From Chlorobiota bacterium (GTDB taxonomy: Bacteria > Bacteroidota > Ignavibacteria > Kapaibacteriales > UBA2268), in assembly GCA_041595255.1 (NCBI GenBank), contig JBFHKR010000003.1, positions 1 through 50,632 on the forward strand: a stretch of 50,632 bases of DNA, read 5' to 3'. How positions within the stretch are numbered: position 1 is the first letter of the stretch; every line of letters starts with the position of its first letter. The notes beneath the pieces are model-generated. The model did not search any database. It worked only from the letters and a program-made list of their open reading frames with translations, and was not told where the DNA came from. A program made the translations under genes and the position numbers. Below, piece by piece: positions 48,909 through 50,632 of the stretch.

Positions 48909-49796
48909 ATGATATGTATACTATATTGCATTAAAAAAAGTGATATGAAAATAAATACTGGTGTTATCGCATTTATAATTGTTCTACTGCTTATGCCAAT
49001 CGGACATATTATTATGTCATTTATTACTAAGAATTATTCACTAGATTATCAGATGCTCTTTGCTGGTGGGCTAGGCTTTTTAGGGGTATTAATTATATTA
49101 CTCAATAGTAGAACACAGAATGAGATTGTTTCTTCACTTTTTGGTCTGCTTGCTGGTATATTAATATGGACAGGTTGGGTTGAATTCGCATTCGTTTATT
49201 TTGCAGAGAGGTTAGGCATAAACCCTCTTTTGGTAGATGGTGAGATAGTAACTAGACCAGAATACCTGCTTATGATATCATCGGGAGGTTTAGTGTTTGC
49301 TTTACTTTCAGTTCTTATGGTTGATAGTACAACTAGATGCAATATGTTCCTTTGGTTTCAGAAAAGACTTAACTTAAAAATAACTAAAGTACCCTCTAAG
49401 AAAAACTATACTGCACTTACCGCTTTAGAGTCTATGATTATAATTTGGTTTTTCTATATTCTATTATTAGTTGTATATGATGATCATCTATTCGGAGATA
49501 AGCATATAGTAACATATGCTGTCTTTTTCCTCAGTTTGCTTTGGTCATTTTTTCTATTTAAAAATCTTTTACGTAAAAGGCATATGGGGAAAGCCATAAG
49601 ATATGCTATACCCACGGTAGTCATATTTTGGAATGCTGTGGAAATATTAGGAAGATGGAATTTCTTTGATGAGTTTTGGGTAGAGCCTAATAAATACTAT
49701 ATAGAATCAAGTATAATACTGCTTTGCTTTATAGTAATCTTTGTAAAAGTATTTATTGAAAAGTGTAATACAAGGAAGTTTACAGTGGTGAAATGA
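48909..49796 (+). CDS. Hypothetical polytopic membrane protein (likely start ATG 48945)
   Basis: About 8 hydrophobic segments with WTGWVEF, RPEYL, VEILGRW and EFWVEP; its stop codon lies inside repeat copy 2. Confidence 0.8.
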   Translation: MICILYCIKKSDMKINTGVIAFIIVLLLMPIGHIIMSFITKNYSLDYQMLFAGGLGFLGVLIILLNSRTQNEIVSSLFGLLAGILIWTGWVEFAFVYFAERLGINPLLVDGEIVTRPEYLLMISSGGLVFALLSVLMVDSTTRCNMFLWFQKRLNLKITKVPSKKNYTALTALESMIIIWFFYILLLVVYDDHLFGDKHIVTYAVFFLSLLWSFFLFKNLLRKRHMGKAIRYAIPTVVIFWNAVEILGRWNFFDEFWVEPNKYYIESSIILLCFIVIFVKVFIEKCNTRKFTVVK

Positions 49797-49933
49797 AAGC
49801 CGCAATTAGTATGTTCCCTACTTCTATCAAAGAGCTGATGAACATAGCTGATGCAGGGCGAGTAATGCCACCCAAATCAACTTGGTTCGAACCAAAGCTA
49901 AGAGACGGGCTGTTCGTTCATTTCTTGGACTAA
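49782..49933 (+). pseudogene. Duplicated 3' fragment of DUF1015 (152-bp direct repeat, copy 2; open 46-codon frame 49793-49933)
   Basis: Encodes MKAAISMFPTSIKELMNIADAGRVMPPKSTWFEPKLRDGLFVHFLD*. Confidence 0.9.
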
Positions 49934-49962
49934 GAGTCAGAGTAAAAATAGAGTATAAAATG

Positions 49963-49993
49963 AAAAACTCCCGCAGATTGAGTGGGAGTTTTT
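49963..49993. terminator. Bidirectional terminator
   Basis: AAAAACTCCCGC-N7-GTGGGAGTTTTT inverted repeat between convergent units. Confidence 0.8.
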
Positions 49994-50019
49994 GTTTATA
50001 TAGCAAAAGAATTGAAATG

Positions 50020-50632
50020 TTACTTCGTAACAATAAATTTTATATTTATACTATTTTCAGAGGTTTTTAAAACCAAATAGTGAATACCTGAACTTAAACC
50101 AATTGGTAGTTTAAATCTAGTAGCATCTCCTGAAACTTCCCAATTATATATTTTGATGGAAGAGCCAGTAACATCTACAATTTCAGCAGTTTCGATTGTA
50201 TTGCTAAATGATTTGATATTCAAATACTCATCAGAAGAATTGATAGGATTTGGATATGCAATTACATGATTAAACTCATGATTTTCTACGCTTGTAACCC
50301 CATTATTATATACAAATATTCCAATATTTGAAGTGATGAAAACTCTTCCTTTTGAATCTGAAACTATGTCAATTAATTGTGGTTTATTACCTTCTTCTTT
50401 ATTTTTCAAGCTGTTTAGAAACTTTATTGTATAATCACTTGACATTTCTGTTGTCTTGTAAAAAACTGAATTATCAAAGAAATTTACAATGCTAAAGTCT
50501 TCAATTTGAAAATTTTCATTAATGAAAATCAGATCATTTTCAAAAATAACCAACCAGCCATCATTAAACTTTGTAATTCCTTTAGCCGCGTCAAAAGCAT
50601 CATTAATTCGTGGGTAACCATCTTGATCTGTA
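50020..50632 (-). CDS. 3' part of a T9SS C-terminal-domain protein (runs off the window edge)
   Basis: Frame stays open to position 50632; TSV linker, YPNP and LSSGIHYLVL...KFIVTK CTD. Confidence 0.85.
   Translation of the reverse strand, partial: TDQDGYPRINDAFDAAKGITKFNDGWLVIFENDLIFINENFQIEDFSIVNFFDNSVFYKTTEMSSDYTIKFLNSLKNKEEGNKPQLIDIVSDSKGRVFITSNIGIFVYNNGVTSVENHEFNHVIAYPNPINSSDEYLNIKSFSNTIETAEIVDVTGSSIKIYNWEVSGDATRFKLPIGLSSGIHYLVLKTSENSINIKFIVTK

Noticed and set aside
48647-49933. Diversity-generating retroelement (a VR at a gene 3' end with a ~150-bp TR downstream)
   Set aside because: There is no reverse transcriptase in the window. Only 3 mismatches exist, one is C/T rather than at an adenine and two are synonymous, and the target is a conserved enzyme motif rather than a lectin-type variable region.
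49827-50070. Two short ORFs (68 aa minus, 62 aa plus)
   Set aside because: Alternative frames over the duplicated DUF1015 tail and a terminator.

Overview
An AT-rich (roughly one-third GC by eye), densely coding chromosomal window from a Gram-negative FCB-group bacterium. Five proteins carry type IX secretion (T9SS) C-terminal domains, and the promoter-like elements resemble those of Bacteroidota while Shine-Dalgarno use is moderate. This suggests a Kapabacteria/Ignavibacteria-like lineage (inference). Housekeeping genes are metK, mltD, folP, pgi, ftsL-ftsI, rho, an SDR-type tdh and serC/serA/DUF1015. They are interleaved with envelope genes: an ECF sigma factor with an anti-sigma/beta-barrel fusion, lipoproteins, an S8 protease, two arylsulfotransferase paralogs, NfeD-stomatin, three tandem GT-C glycosyltransferases and a Wzy/WaaL-like protein. 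No tRNA, rRNA, CRISPR array, transposase or integrase was seen. The most striking unannotated element is a ~83-nt structured small RNA on the minus strand (32049-32131). It has an ECF-type promoter, an upstream 7-6-7 palindrome, GAGA and cUUCGg tetraloops, an intrinsic terminator, and a core complementary to a ribosome-binding site plus start codon. Together with the trans-envelope anti-sigma/barrel protein it may form an envelope-stress circuit; this link is inference. Other oddities are an integrase-less gene islet bounded by a 152-bp duplication of the DUF1015 3' end, a 321-bp near-identical tract shared by otherwise diverged sulfotransferase paralogs, an in-frame TAA in the stomatin gene, and a cluster of REP-like hairpins next to a Fic gene.
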